Of a stretch of DNA of 64,000 nucleotides, positions 8,366-18,188 are shown piece after piece. The position numbers were made by a program, and so were the translations under genes. Below the pieces are notes generated by a model. That model did no database searches. It had not been told where the DNA came from and saw only the letters and a list, made by a program, of their open reading frames with translations. The DNA lies in assembly GCA_015063795.1 (NCBI GenBank), contig SVTL01000001.1, positions 111,614-175,613 of the forward strand. Reading direction: 5' to 3'. The DNA comes from Oscillospiraceae bacterium. GTDB lineage: Bacteria > Bacillota > Clostridia > Oscillospirales > CAG-272. Within the stretch, counting starts at the first letter, position 1; each line of letters begins with the position of its first letter.

Positions 8366-11362
8366 TTATTTTTCGAAGTCGAAGGACAGAACGGTCTCCA
8401 CCTTGTCGCCGTAACCGACGGTTAGCTCATAGCGGTAGCTTCCCGAGGCGAGGGAGGCAAGAGTGTTGGTCTTATCCAGCATACGCAGATCGTAATACAT
8501 GGTGGTGAACGGATAGTCGGAGAATTCCTTCACAACCTTGCCTGCGGTGTCGGTGATGGTGACGCGGACGAGGTTGATCTGGTAGTTGGACTCGATCTTG
8601 CCGAGCAGACCGTATGCAACATTGTCGGGCGTGTTGCGCTCACGGACGGTCATAAAGGGGGTTGCGAAGTAGCCGTCCTCAAAGGCCTTCAGACGGATGG
8701 GCAGATAGTTGCAGTCGGCGTTCTTTCCGTTGTAGAAGGCGGCAAAAGAATGCGGCTCGTTGATGCCCCAGGTGGTCTTGGTCTTTCGCAGATTGGAGGC
8801 CTGCTGGGACACATAGAGGACGCTCTTGTTGGGATCGATGCTGCCGTCGTCCTTGTATTTGACACTCACGCCGTGGATAATCATGATGTGACCGAGCACG
8901 TCGCCTGTGGAGGAGGATACCCAGTCAGAGACTAAGAAGTCACCGCTCTTGGCGTTGGCATAGGCGTTGTAAACGATCTTGGCGCGCTCCTCAACGGTAT
9001 CGCCGAATTCGCGGATGATCTGCTGGGTGGTGAGCGTATGGTCGCCGACAGGATAGCCGCCGGGCGCAGAATAGTAAGGATGCGTGTCCTTGGGAAGCGA
9101 ATAGCGGATGGAATAGCCGTTGAAGTAGCTGTGTCGGTTGGTGACCGTCTGAAGAGCACGGACCACCGAGGAGGAGCACTGGTTGCCGGGCATGGTGTTC
9201 CACGTGATGCCCGAACCGGTGTAGGTGCCGCCGTCAGGGCAGATGGACAGCCACTGCGCCAGGCTGATGTTGCCGTTGGTTCCGGCGGCGATGTAGGGAA
9301 TGCCGTAGTAGGTAGTGCCGGCCTTGTAGATCAGCGCGCCGACGAATTCCTCGGAATCGGCCAGGTCAATGGTTTGCGAGGGCGTCCATTCCACGTCTGC
9401 CATATCCTTGAAATTCTTCTGCATCTGAGCAACCTTTTCGGCGATCAGCTCTTCATCGACCGTGGATTTCTCTGCGGTGAGAACGGCATTCAGCTTGGCT
9501 TTTTTGTCGGCAGGCTCAAGCGAATCGCTTGCACAGGCAGCTTCGGCAACGCCGCGGACGCTTCTCTCGATGGTGTCCGAATATACGGTGTATTCGGTGC
9601 CGTTGTGCGTGTAGGTCAGATAAGCGAAGGCGGAGAAGGGAAGATCGTATTCCTCCACGGGGATGTTGGTGATGTCGCCGGCGAAGATGCTGCCTCCCAG
9701 CGAGGTAGGAGTAAGGACGGTCTTGGTGCCGTCAATCACAGTCGCGCCGGGCAGATCCAGCGATTTTTCGCTGAAATATTCGGTGGGCTGGATCACCAGA
9801 CCGTAGCCGGTGACCTGCAGATCGATGTTGGTCAGATCCTCGCCCACCTGACCGAGGAAGCGGAGCGTCTGCTTCTCATCGTTGGTGCGGATCTGAGCGC
9901 CGAGGATGCGGATGGGCATGCGGGGCGTGACGGTAACAGCCTGCTCACCCACCTTCTTGGAGCCGTAATAGATCGTGACCTTCTTGGTGTCCATGTTCAT
10001 GGGGGTGTCAAGAGAGGGCTCGAAGCGGAAGTTGCTATCGTCGGGCGAATAGGTGACGGTGGCCGATCGGCCGGAGGTGGTCAGCTTAAAGGAAAGACCG
10101 TCCGCATCAAAGGCATCGCCCGTGTAATAGGCGGTTCGCTTGGGCATGGTGACCGAGGAGACTGTCGAGGTGGAAAGAACGGGCAGACGGGTTTCGGTAA
10201 AGTTTTTGGCTTTTGAGGCAACCGTGCTGATCAGAGAAGCGTTGGTGCACTCGGACAGGTCCAGGATCGCCTTGGCGGGGAGATGGCGGTTGCGATTGGA
10301 GTTGCCGGCATTCAAACTGCCGTCCGTACCGCCTTGGACACGAGAGGTTCCGGAAAAAAGGGTGGAGCTGATGGTGCCGCCGATGACCTTCAGCGTGAAG
10401 GTGCAGTTGTCGGTGCCGAAGCCGCCGCCGTTGGTGGCATAGACGTTGCCGACCAGCTTGCCGCCCTTGAGCACGACAGTCACATCGCCGTAATGGATGC
10501 CGCCGTTGTTGAAGGTGGGACCGCCGCCGCAGATATAGCCGCGGACGGTTGCGTTTCCGTCAAGAACAATGGTCACGTTGCCGACCATGGCGCCGTAGTT
10601 GTTGCTGCTTGTCGATCCGGCGCCGCCCATGTAGGTGGAGGCAAGCACATTGCTGTAGGTGCCGCTCTTCAGTGTAACGGTGTTATTGCCCTCGCGGCGG
10701 ATGCAGTCGGCATAGCGGTGCCCGCCGACGATGTTGGGATAAAAGGAGATATCGGGAGGATCCTGTTCGGCACCGCCGGTGGTAATGGTCTTGCAGACAA
10801 TGCCGGTGTCCATGGTCAGGTCATAGCCGTTGGCGCAGATCATGCGGGAGCTGGCCTTCTTAACTGAGCCGTCGGAGGCGGTATAGCCCTCCGTGCAGAT
10901 CTTGATGTCGCGGAAGACGGTGTCGCCGCCGCAGATAAACTCGGTGGGCGACTGCAGGATCAGACGGGCCCCCTTCGAGGTGTAATCCACCCCATTGTAT
11001 TTGCTTGTGATGGTGATGGTGGAATCGGGGTGATCGGGCATGAAGAAATCTTCAAAGGTTGCATGGTTTCCCTTGGTCTTGGTCTTGTCCAGACGCACCT
11101 CTCCCACCAGAACGATGGTACCGCCGCTGTATTGCAGGCGGTGTGCGGCCTGAAAGAGGACAGAGCCGTAATGGTAATTGTCATCCTTGTAGAATTCCGA
11201 ATAGTCCTCAAGGGAGAGAGGCTTGCTCGGAGAGGATCCGTCGCCGGTGCCGCCGTCCTTGATGAAGAGAACGGGCTCTGCCGCGGCGGAGGTGAAGGCA
11301 AAGGGGAGAGCGATAGCGAGAGCCAGAAGCGCGATCGCGGTCATGCGGAGAAAAGCTTTCAT
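8366..11362 (-). CDS. Exported beta-helix-like protein with a C-terminal Cys/His module (array family)
   Basis: This is a 998-aa ORF with the signal peptide MKAFLRMTAIALLALAIALPFAFTSAAAE. It carries DGGTGDGSSPSKPL...GGTIVLVGE and the motifs GNQCSSSV, GHIMII and VSQQ. Confidence 0.85.
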   Translation of the reverse strand: MKAFLRMTAIALLALAIALPFAFTSAAAEPVLFIKDGGTGDGSSPSKPLSLEDYSEFYKDDNYHYGSVLFQAAHRLQYSGGTIVLVGEVRLDKTKTKGNHATFEDFFMPDHPDSTITITSKYNGVDYTSKGARLILQSPTEFICGGDTVFRDIKICTEGYTASDGSVKKASSRMICANGYDLTMDTGIVCKTITTGGAEQDPPDISFYPNIVGGHRYADCIRREGNNTVTLKSGTYSNVLASTYMGGAGSTSSNNYGAMVGNVTIVLDGNATVRGYICGGGPTFNNGGIHYGDVTVVLKGGKLVGNVYATNGGGFGTDNCTFTLKVIGGTISSTLFSGTSRVQGGTDGSLNAGNSNRNRHLPAKAILDLSECTNASLISTVASKAKNFTETRLPVLSTSTVSSVTMPKRTAYYTGDAFDADGLSFKLTTSGRSATVTYSPDDSNFRFEPSLDTPMNMDTKKVTIYYGSKKVGEQAVTVTPRMPIRILGAQIRTNDEKQTLRFLGQVGEDLTNIDLQVTGYGLVIQPTEYFSEKSLDLPGATVIDGTKTVLTPTSLGGSIFAGDITNIPVEEYDLPFSAFAYLTYTHNGTEYTVYSDTIERSVRGVAEAACASDSLEPADKKAKLNAVLTAEKSTVDEELIAEKVAQMQKNFKDMADVEWTPSQTIDLADSEEFVGALIYKAGTTYYGIPYIAAGTNGNISLAQWLSICPDGGTYTGSGITWNTMPGNQCSSSVVRALQTVTNRHSYFNGYSIRYSLPKDTHPYYSAPGGYPVGDHTLTTQQIIREFGDTVEERAKIVYNAYANAKSGDFLVSDWVSSSTGDVLGHIMIIHGVSVKYKDDGSIDPNKSVLYVSQQASNLRKTKTTWGINEPHSFAAFYNGKNADCNYLPIRLKAFEDGYFATPFMTVRERNTPDNVAYGLLGKIESNYQINLVRVTITDTAGKVVKEFSDYPFTTMYYDLRMLDKTNTLASLASGSYRYELTVGYGDKVETVLSFDFEK

Positions 11363-11448
11363 ATGAGGGGGTACTCCTTTTGGTATTTTATGAAAATGAA
11401 GAAATCGAAGCAGAAGCGGTGTTGGAGCACGTCGTTCTTCTGCTCAGT

Positions 11449-11477
11449 ATTTTATCATAGCACGTCGATTTTTGCAA
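11449..11477 (-). promoter_or_regulatory. Sigma-A-like promoter of the 998-aa paralog
   Basis: On the minus strand it reads TTGCAA-N17-TAAAAT. It lies between the terminator at 11498..11530 and the ATG at 11362. Confidence 0.45.
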
Positions 11478-11497
11478 GGGATTTTTCAATAAATATA

Positions 11498-11530
11498 CAA
11501 AAAAGAGGCCGAAAATGGCCTCTTTTTTGT
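11498..11530. terminator. Bidirectional-looking rho-independent terminator (serves the 983-aa paralog)
   Basis: AAGAGGCC-gaaaat-GGCCTCTT is flanked by an A-run and a T-run. Confidence 0.7.
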
Positions 11531-11562
11531 TGTAAATATTCATTATTTTGATGGATGCGATC

Positions 11563-14514
11563 TCATTTTTTGAAATCGAAGGAAAGGACGGTCTCGGTCT
11601 TGCCTGCGTAGGAGACCTGCAGCTCGTAGTGGTAATTTCCTTTTTTCAGCTTGCTGACCTCGTTGCTCAGGTCAAATGTACGGAGATCGACGCTGTTGAC
11701 CGTGTAAGGGTATTCCACGAAGGAGAGAGCCACCTTATCCTGAGCGTCCTTGATGGTCAGGTGCACAGCAGTGATCTGGTAATTGGACAGGATGCGTCCG
11801 GACAGACCGTGTTCGATGTTGTCTTTCGTGTTGCGGTCAAGGATGCCGAGCAGGGGCGTTTCGCGGTAGCCGCTGGCAAAGGCGCTCAGTCGGACGGGCA
11901 GGTACTTGGAGGAGACGTTGTTGAAGTTGCAGAGCTCGTTGAAGGTGTACTTGTAGTTGATGCGCCAGGTGGTTTTGGTCGTTTTGTCCATGGTGGAGCA
12001 CTGCTCGGTGGCTAACAGGTAGCTCTTGGCGGCATTGATGCTGCCGTTGGTGTTGCGGACCACATGCACCTCATCCACGATGCGGATGTGGCAGAGCAGG
12101 GAGCCCTTGGAGGAACGCCAGTTGGACACGATGAAGTCGCCGCTCTTAGCCTGCGCATATGCCTCGAACACGATGTTGGCGCGCTCGCGGTCATTGGTTC
12201 CGAGCGATTCAATGACCTCTTCGGTGGATATGGCCGTTCCGGGAACAGAGTAATCCCCCACTGCGATGTAGTTATCCGATCCGTTCTTGGGGAAGAAATC
12301 GTGGAAGGACAAGCCGTCGGCAAAATGCTGGGAAGCGGTAACGGGCTGCAGCGCATTGATCACGGAAGAGATGCACTGGTTTCCCCACATTTTATTCCAT
12401 TCGGTGGAACCGGTGTAGGTACTGCCATCGGGATAGGCCTCGGTCCACTGATCGAGACCGACATAGCCGGCGTTGCCCGCCACGTAGGGGATGCCGGTAT
12501 AAACCGTTCCCTTGGTATACTGCAGCTGGCCGGTGTATTCCGTATTGCTCGCAAAGTCCAGCGTGGCGTTGCTTTTCCATTTCACAGAGGCCATGTCCAC
12601 CATGTTCTGATGGAGATGATTGACCATCGCATCGATGTCGGACTGAACGGGAGTGGATCTGCGTCCGCTTTCCACCGCTTCGATGACACCGGCGGCAACC
12701 GCTTTGATGCCGCTGATCGTTTCGCGGGAGTCGGCAGAGCAGACAGCCTCCGCAACCGACTTAACGCTGCGGGTGATGGGGGAAGAATAGGCGGTGTATT
12801 CCTTGCCGTCCGATTGGAAGGTCAGGAAGGCGGCGGCGGTGTAGGCCAGGTCGTATTCTTCAACGGGGATGTCGGTGATGCTTCCCGTGAAGAGGATGCC
12901 GTCTTCGTTGGTTTGATAAACGGTGTCGGTCAGATCCAGGATCGTTGCGCCGGGCTGTTCGAGGCTGATCTCGGTGAAGTAATCGGCGCTGTTGATGATC
13001 ATGCCGTAACGGACGATCTCGGTGCTTTCGGGGGCGTTGCCAAGGGAAGCGACAAAGCGGAGCGCCTGTTTTTCACCCTCCAGACGGATCATCGCGCCCT
13101 TCATGGCGATCTGCGGGCGGGGCGAAACGGTGACAGCAACGGTGCCGATCTCATGATTGCCGTAAAAGACCTTGACCTCGGCGGTGTCCGCGGCAAGGAT
13201 AGCAGGCTCAAAGCGAAAGGCCTTGTTGTCGGGCGAATAGGAAAGAGAAAATCCGTCGTCGGAGGTGTTCAGTTTGACGTTAAGACCGGTGCCGTCAAAG
13301 GCATCGCCTTCAAAATAGGCGGTCTTGACCGCTTCGCTTCGGATCGAGCCGCCTGTGACGGCTGCCAGCGGGGGAATCACATTGGTGAAGTTACGCCCCT
13401 TGCGTGCCATCTTGGCGCCCAGCTCGGCGGGACATCCGCTCAGATCGAGAATGGAGGTGGGATTGTAGCGCTTAACGTTGTCGCTTGCCAGCGAAGAGGC
13501 TTTTCCCGTCATAAGCGGGGAGGAGATCTCGCCGCCGTTGATCTCGAGACGGAAGGTGCAGTTGGGAGCGGCGTATCCGCACTCGCCTGCGGCCACGATC
13601 GAGCCTTTCACCTTACCGCCGTTGATGGTGACGGTCACGTTGCCCATGTGCTTCGCATAGGCGAGGTGGGAGGTGCCGTTGATCTCTCCCTCGATGACGG
13701 CATCACCGTCAAGGATCACGTGGACATCGCTCTTGAATTCGTTGTAATCGCCCTGAACACTGATGCCCCAGGAGGAGGCGTTGACGCGGTTAAACGTACC
13801 GCTTTTGATGGTGAGGACGGCAAAAGGATCCATGCCGGAGCGATACACATTGGTAAAGCGGTGTCCGCCCACGATGTTGGGATATTGGGAGCTGGTCGGT
13901 TTGGCGATGACTTTGCCGTTTGCGTCAAGCGGAATACACGCCACGCCCTCATCGAAGGTAAGGTCGTAGCCGTAAGCGGCGATGATGCGGTCGTTGGCAC
14001 TGCCGTTTTCGGAGGGCATGGTGCAGATGTCAATGTCGCGGAAGACCAGATCGCCGCCGCTGTAAAAGTTGGCGGGATGCTGAAGAACAAAGCGGGCGCC
14101 CTGTTCGCGGTAGTCCACGCCGTCCCACACGCTGGTGAGAGTGATGCATGTGTCGGGATGCTCGGGTGCAAAGAAATCACGGACATTTTTCGAGGTTCCC
14201 GATGTATTTTCAGAATGGATTTTTACCTCGCCGCAGACGACGATGGTACCGCCGGTGGCAGACAGACGGTGCAGCGCCTGGTAAAGGACAGAGTTGTAAT
14301 GATAAGAAGGTGAGGATGCGTTTTTGTTGATGAAATAGTTCACGGTGGACAGCGGACTGTCGGCCGAGGAGCCGTCACCCTTGCCTCCGTCCTTGATGAA
14401 GAGAACGGGAAGAGACGTGTCCGCTTCGGCAGAGGCGCCGAGCGCAAGCGGGATGGCCATAACGATTGCCAAAAGTACGATCAGAAGAGAGCGGGAAAAG
14501 GGTTTCATAAGCAT
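11563..14514 (-). CDS. Exported beta-helix-like protein with a C-terminal Cys/His module (array family)
   Basis: This is a 983-aa ORF with the signal peptide MLMKPFSRSLLIVLLAIVMAIPLALGASAEA and a GGAG RBS. The motifs are GNQCISSV, CHIRIV and ATEQCS. Confidence 0.85.
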   Translation of the reverse strand: MLMKPFSRSLLIVLLAIVMAIPLALGASAEADTSLPVLFIKDGGKGDGSSADSPLSTVNYFINKNASSPSYHYNSVLYQALHRLSATGGTIVVCGEVKIHSENTSGTSKNVRDFFAPEHPDTCITLTSVWDGVDYREQGARFVLQHPANFYSGGDLVFRDIDICTMPSENGSANDRIIAAYGYDLTFDEGVACIPLDANGKVIAKPTSSQYPNIVGGHRFTNVYRSGMDPFAVLTIKSGTFNRVNASSWGISVQGDYNEFKSDVHVILDGDAVIEGEINGTSHLAYAKHMGNVTVTINGGKVKGSIVAAGECGYAAPNCTFRLEINGGEISSPLMTGKASSLASDNVKRYNPTSILDLSGCPAELGAKMARKGRNFTNVIPPLAAVTGGSIRSEAVKTAYFEGDAFDGTGLNVKLNTSDDGFSLSYSPDNKAFRFEPAILAADTAEVKVFYGNHEIGTVAVTVSPRPQIAMKGAMIRLEGEKQALRFVASLGNAPESTEIVRYGMIINSADYFTEISLEQPGATILDLTDTVYQTNEDGILFTGSITDIPVEEYDLAYTAAAFLTFQSDGKEYTAYSSPITRSVKSVAEAVCSADSRETISGIKAVAAGVIEAVESGRRSTPVQSDIDAMVNHLHQNMVDMASVKWKSNATLDFASNTEYTGQLQYTKGTVYTGIPYVAGNAGYVGLDQWTEAYPDGSTYTGSTEWNKMWGNQCISSVINALQPVTASQHFADGLSFHDFFPKNGSDNYIAVGDYSVPGTAISTEEVIESLGTNDRERANIVFEAYAQAKSGDFIVSNWRSSKGSLLCHIRIVDEVHVVRNTNGSINAAKSYLLATEQCSTMDKTTKTTWRINYKYTFNELCNFNNVSSKYLPVRLSAFASGYRETPLLGILDRNTKDNIEHGLSGRILSNYQITAVHLTIKDAQDKVALSFVEYPYTVNSVDLRTFDLSNEVSKLKKGNYHYELQVSYAGKTETVLSFDFKK

Positions 14515-14573
14515 ATGGTCTCCTTTTTGGTTTCAGAGCGGATCGATAAAAAACATTACCGCATCATAAAAAC

Positions 14574-14603
14574 AGTTTACCACTTTTCCCCTGCCTTTGT
14601 CAA
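14574..14603 (-). promoter_or_regulatory. Sigma-A-like promoter of the 983-aa paralog
   Basis: On the minus strand it reads TTGACA-N18-TAAACT with TG upstream of the -10. About 200 bp of flanking sequence is shared with 17752..18000. Confidence 0.5.
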
Positions 14604-14747
14604 TGGATTCTTATAAACATATAGACATTTCAAAACTCTATTTCATCAATCTTTGTTTTTTGAAAACAAGCCGCGTCCCCATAAAAGTGGTGTCGGTAAG
14701 GCCTTTTCTCCTTTGACAGGGGCGTGCATTGTATGTGCAGAATGCAA

Positions 14748-14784
14748 CAAAAAAGAGAGACCGCCGTTGAAAGGCAGTCTCTCG
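14748..14784 (-). terminator. Rho-independent terminator of the 984-aa paralog
   Basis: It has the AGAGAGACCGCC-gttgaaa-GGCAGTCTCTC hairpin plus a U-run on the minus strand. Confidence 0.7.
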
Positions 14785-14796
14785 GAAGAAGATGTC

Positions 14797-17751
14797 TTAT
14801 TTCTTGAAATCGAAGGAAACAGCGGTCTCGGTCTTGCCTGCGTAGGAGACCTGCAGCTCGTAGTGGTAGTCACCCTTCTTCAGTCCGGCGACCTCGTTGT
14901 TCAGATCGAGGGAGTTGAGCGTGACATACTGGGAGGTGTAAGGATAGGTCTCATACATACCGACCTGCTTGCCGGCAGCGTCGGTGATGATGACGCGGAC
15001 GTGCGTAAGCTGGTAGTTGGAATAGACCTTGCCCATCAGACCGTTTTTGATGTTCTCGGGGGTGTTGCGGTCGGAGACGGAGAGCAGGGGTGTTTCCTTA
15101 TAGCCGGTCACGAAGTTGATCAGACGGATGGGCAGATACTTGGCCGAAGCGGTGGTGAAGTTGAACAGCTGGGTGAAGGTGTACTTGTAGTTGATGCGCC
15201 AGCTGGACTTGGTGGTCTTATCCATGGTGGAGCACTGCTCGGTGGTCAGCAGATAGCTCTTGGCGGCGTTGATGGTGCCGTTGGTATTGCGGACAACATG
15301 TACATCATCGACGATGCGGATGTGTCCGAGCGTGGTGCCCTGAGCGGAAATCCAGTTGGAGACGATGAAGTCGCCGCTCTTGCACTGTGCGTAAGCCTCA
15401 TACACCACATTGGAGCGCTCGCGGTCGTTCTTGCCGAAGGATTCGGAGAGTCTCTGGGTGTTCAGACTGGTGCCGGGGATGGTATAACCGCCGACGGCGA
15501 TGTAGGTGGAATGTCCAACTCTCGGAAGCGAGTTCTGGATCGAGAAGCCGTTGGCATAATGGTGACCGGCGGTGACCGTCTGCAGAGCGTTCATGATCGA
15601 GGAGGTGCAGTGGTTGCCCCACATGGTGTTCCAGGTGGTGGGGCCGGTGTAGGTGCTGCCCTCGGGATATTTTTCCAGCCACTGATCCAGACCGATCTCA
15701 GCGGCTTCGCCTGCCACATAAGGGATACCGGTGTAGACCGCACCCTTGGTGTACTGCAGCTGGCTGGAGAATTCCGAATCGTTGGCAAAGTCCAGATTGG
15801 CGTTGGATTTCCACTTGACAGAGGCCATATCCACCATGTTCTGATGGAGCTCATTGACCATGGCATCGATCTCGCTCTGAACGGGAGTGGATCTGCGTCC
15901 GCTTTCCACAGCCTCAATGACACCGGCGGCAACCGACTTGATGCCGCTGAGCGTCTCGTGCGAGCCGGTGGAGCAGACAGCATCCGCAACCGACTTGACG
16001 CTGCGGGTGATGGGAGCGGTGTAAACGGTGTATTCGCTGCCGTTGGCCTTGAAGGTCAGGAAGGCGGCGGCGGTGTAGGCCAGGTCGTATTCCTCAACGG
16101 GGATGTTGGAGATGGCGCCCGAGAAGAGGATGCCGTCCTGTTCGGTTTTATAAACGGTGTTGGTCAGATCCAGGATCTTGGCGCCGGGCTGCTCCAGGCT
16201 GAGCTCGCTGAAGTAATCCGCACCGTTGACGATCATGCCGTAGCGGACGATCTCGGTGCCCTCGGGGGCGTTGCCCAGAGAAGCGACAAAGCGGAGTGCC
16301 TGTCTCTCACCCTCCAGACGGATCATGGCACCCTTCATCGCAAGCTGCGGACGGGGCGAAACGGTGACAGCGGCGGTACCGATCTCGTGATTGCCGTAAA
16401 AGACCTTGACCTCGGTGGTGTCGGCTGCAAGGACGGCGGGCTCAAAGCGGAAGGCGGTGTTGTCGGCGGAGTAGGAAACGGCATAACTGTCTTCGCTGCT
16501 GTTGAGGTTGACGCGCATTCCGGTGCCGTCAAAGGCATCGCCCACGAAATAGGCGGTCTTGGCTGCCTCGGTGCGGATCGAACCGTCGGTGATGGCCGCT
16601 AGCGGAGGGATCACGTCGGTGAAGTTGCGTCCCTTGCGGGCCAGCTTTTCACCCATCTCGGCAGGACAGCCGCTCAGATCCAGGATCGAAGCGATGGGGT
16701 TATAGCGCTGTTCGCCGTTGCTGGCCAGCGTGGAGGGCTTGCCGGAGAGAATGGGCGCTTTGATCTCGCCGCCGTTGATCTCCAGACGGAAGGTGCAGTT
16801 GGGCGCACCGTAGCCGCATTCGCCTGCGGCCAGAATGGAGCCTTCCACCGTACCGCCGTTGACAGTGATGGTCACATCGCCTCTCTGCAGAGGATTGGCG
16901 CGGTGGGAGGTACCGTTCAAATCGCCGTTGATGACGGTGTCGCCGTCAACGATCACATGGATGTTGCTGTTGACTACGTTGTAATTGCCGGACAGATTGA
17001 TACCCCAGGAGGAGGCATTGACGCGGTTGAATGTACCGCTCTTGAGCGTGATGGTGGCATAGGGATCGACATTGGCACGGTAGATGCTGGAGAAGCGGTG
17101 GCCGCCGACGATGGAAGGATACAGGTTGTCTGCGGGCTTGTCGATGGGCTTGCCGTTTTTGTCCAGCGGGATGCACTCGGTTCCCTCGTCCATAGTCAGG
17201 TCATAGCCGTAAGCGGCAATGATGCGCTCTTCGGCAGTTCCTTTGTCGGAGGGCATGGTGCAGATGTTGATGTCGCGGAAGATCAGATCGCCGCCGCTGT
17301 AGAAGTGAGCGGGATGCTGCAGAACCAGGCGAGCGCCCTGTTCGCGGTAGTCCACACCGTTCCAAACGCTGGTGATGGTGATGGCGGCATCGGGATGCTC
17401 GGGCATGTAGAAGTCACGGACGGTGTCCGAGCTGCCTGCCGTGTTGGAAGCATCCAGCTTGACCTCGCCGCAGACGACGATGGTGCCGCCGGTATAGGAG
17501 AGATGCTGAGCGGCCTGGAAGAGGAGAGCCTCCCAATGAAGGGGGGGAGACGCACTGTTTTTGTTGATGAATTGCTCTGCGATTGACAGCGGGCTGTCGG
17601 CAGAGGAGCCGTCGCCTTTGCCGCCGTCCTTGATGAAGATAACCGGCTGAGACGTGTCAGTCTCAGCGGAAGCGCCGAGGGCAAGCGGGATGGCCAGAAT
17701 GACCACCAGAAGAGCGATCAGAACTGAGCGAAAAAAGGTTTTCATAAGCAC
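14797..17751 (-). CDS. Exported beta-helix-like protein with a C-terminal Cys/His module (array family)
   Basis: This is a 984-aa ORF. Its first codon is GTG at 17751, and the ATG two codons later (17745) is an alternative start. The signal peptide is KTFFRSVLIALLVVILAIPLALGASAET. The motifs are GNHCTSSI, GHIRIV and TTEQCS. Confidence 0.85.
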   Translation of the reverse strand: MLMKTFFRSVLIALLVVILAIPLALGASAETDTSQPVIFIKDGGKGDGSSADSPLSIAEQFINKNSASPPLHWEALLFQAAQHLSYTGGTIVVCGEVKLDASNTAGSSDTVRDFYMPEHPDAAITITSVWNGVDYREQGARLVLQHPAHFYSGGDLIFRDINICTMPSDKGTAEERIIAAYGYDLTMDEGTECIPLDKNGKPIDKPADNLYPSIVGGHRFSSIYRANVDPYATITLKSGTFNRVNASSWGINLSGNYNVVNSNIHVIVDGDTVINGDLNGTSHRANPLQRGDVTITVNGGTVEGSILAAGECGYGAPNCTFRLEINGGEIKAPILSGKPSTLASNGEQRYNPIASILDLSGCPAEMGEKLARKGRNFTDVIPPLAAITDGSIRTEAAKTAYFVGDAFDGTGMRVNLNSSEDSYAVSYSADNTAFRFEPAVLAADTTEVKVFYGNHEIGTAAVTVSPRPQLAMKGAMIRLEGERQALRFVASLGNAPEGTEIVRYGMIVNGADYFSELSLEQPGAKILDLTNTVYKTEQDGILFSGAISNIPVEEYDLAYTAAAFLTFKANGSEYTVYTAPITRSVKSVADAVCSTGSHETLSGIKSVAAGVIEAVESGRRSTPVQSEIDAMVNELHQNMVDMASVKWKSNANLDFANDSEFSSQLQYTKGAVYTGIPYVAGEAAEIGLDQWLEKYPEGSTYTGPTTWNTMWGNHCTSSIMNALQTVTAGHHYANGFSIQNSLPRVGHSTYIAVGGYTIPGTSLNTQRLSESFGKNDRERSNVVYEAYAQCKSGDFIVSNWISAQGTTLGHIRIVDDVHVVRNTNGTINAAKSYLLTTEQCSTMDKTTKSSWRINYKYTFTQLFNFTTASAKYLPIRLINFVTGYKETPLLSVSDRNTPENIKNGLMGKVYSNYQLTHVRVIITDAAGKQVGMYETYPYTSQYVTLNSLDLNNEVAGLKKGDYHYELQVSYAGKTETAVSFDFKK

Positions 17752-17810
17752 AAGATCTCCTTTTGTGTTCTAAAGCGGATCGATAAAAAACAGGGTTGTA
17801 CCATAAAAAC

Positions 17811-17840
17811 AGTTTACCATTTTCTCCTTGCCTTTGTCAA
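17811..17840 (-). promoter_or_regulatory. Sigma-A-like promoter of the 984-aa paralog
   Basis: On the minus strand it reads TTGACA-N18-TAAACT, near-identical to 14574..14603. Confidence 0.5.
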
Positions 17841-18144
17841 TAGACTCTTTCAGATATATGGACATTTCAAAACTGTTTTTTCAATCTTTCTTTTCTTGAA
17901 AGCAAGCAATACCACCATAAAAGAGGTGTCATAAGGATGTTTCCCTTTGTCAGTGTTTCATGTGAAGGATCTCCTTTGTTCGTTGGATTTTGCTTTATGC
18001 AAGGATACAAATCGAGTATACCATACAAAAAATTCTTTTTCAAGCCTTTTCCTCTATATTTTTCATTTTATCATTCAAATTGTTTGAAAAAAAGGGGTGA
18101 ATTTGGGAGCGAAAGGGGGCGTTGTTAATCAAAAAAGCGGTTAA

Positions 18145-18178
18145 GAAAAAAGAGCAGCCGTCCGAAGACAACTGCTCG
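18145..18178 (-). terminator. Rho-independent terminator of the 1362-aa paralog
   Basis: The minus strand has a GAGCAG...CTGCTC stem with an inner GTC/GAC pairing, followed by TTTTTT. Confidence 0.6.
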
Positions 18179-18188
18179 AAAAAACGTG

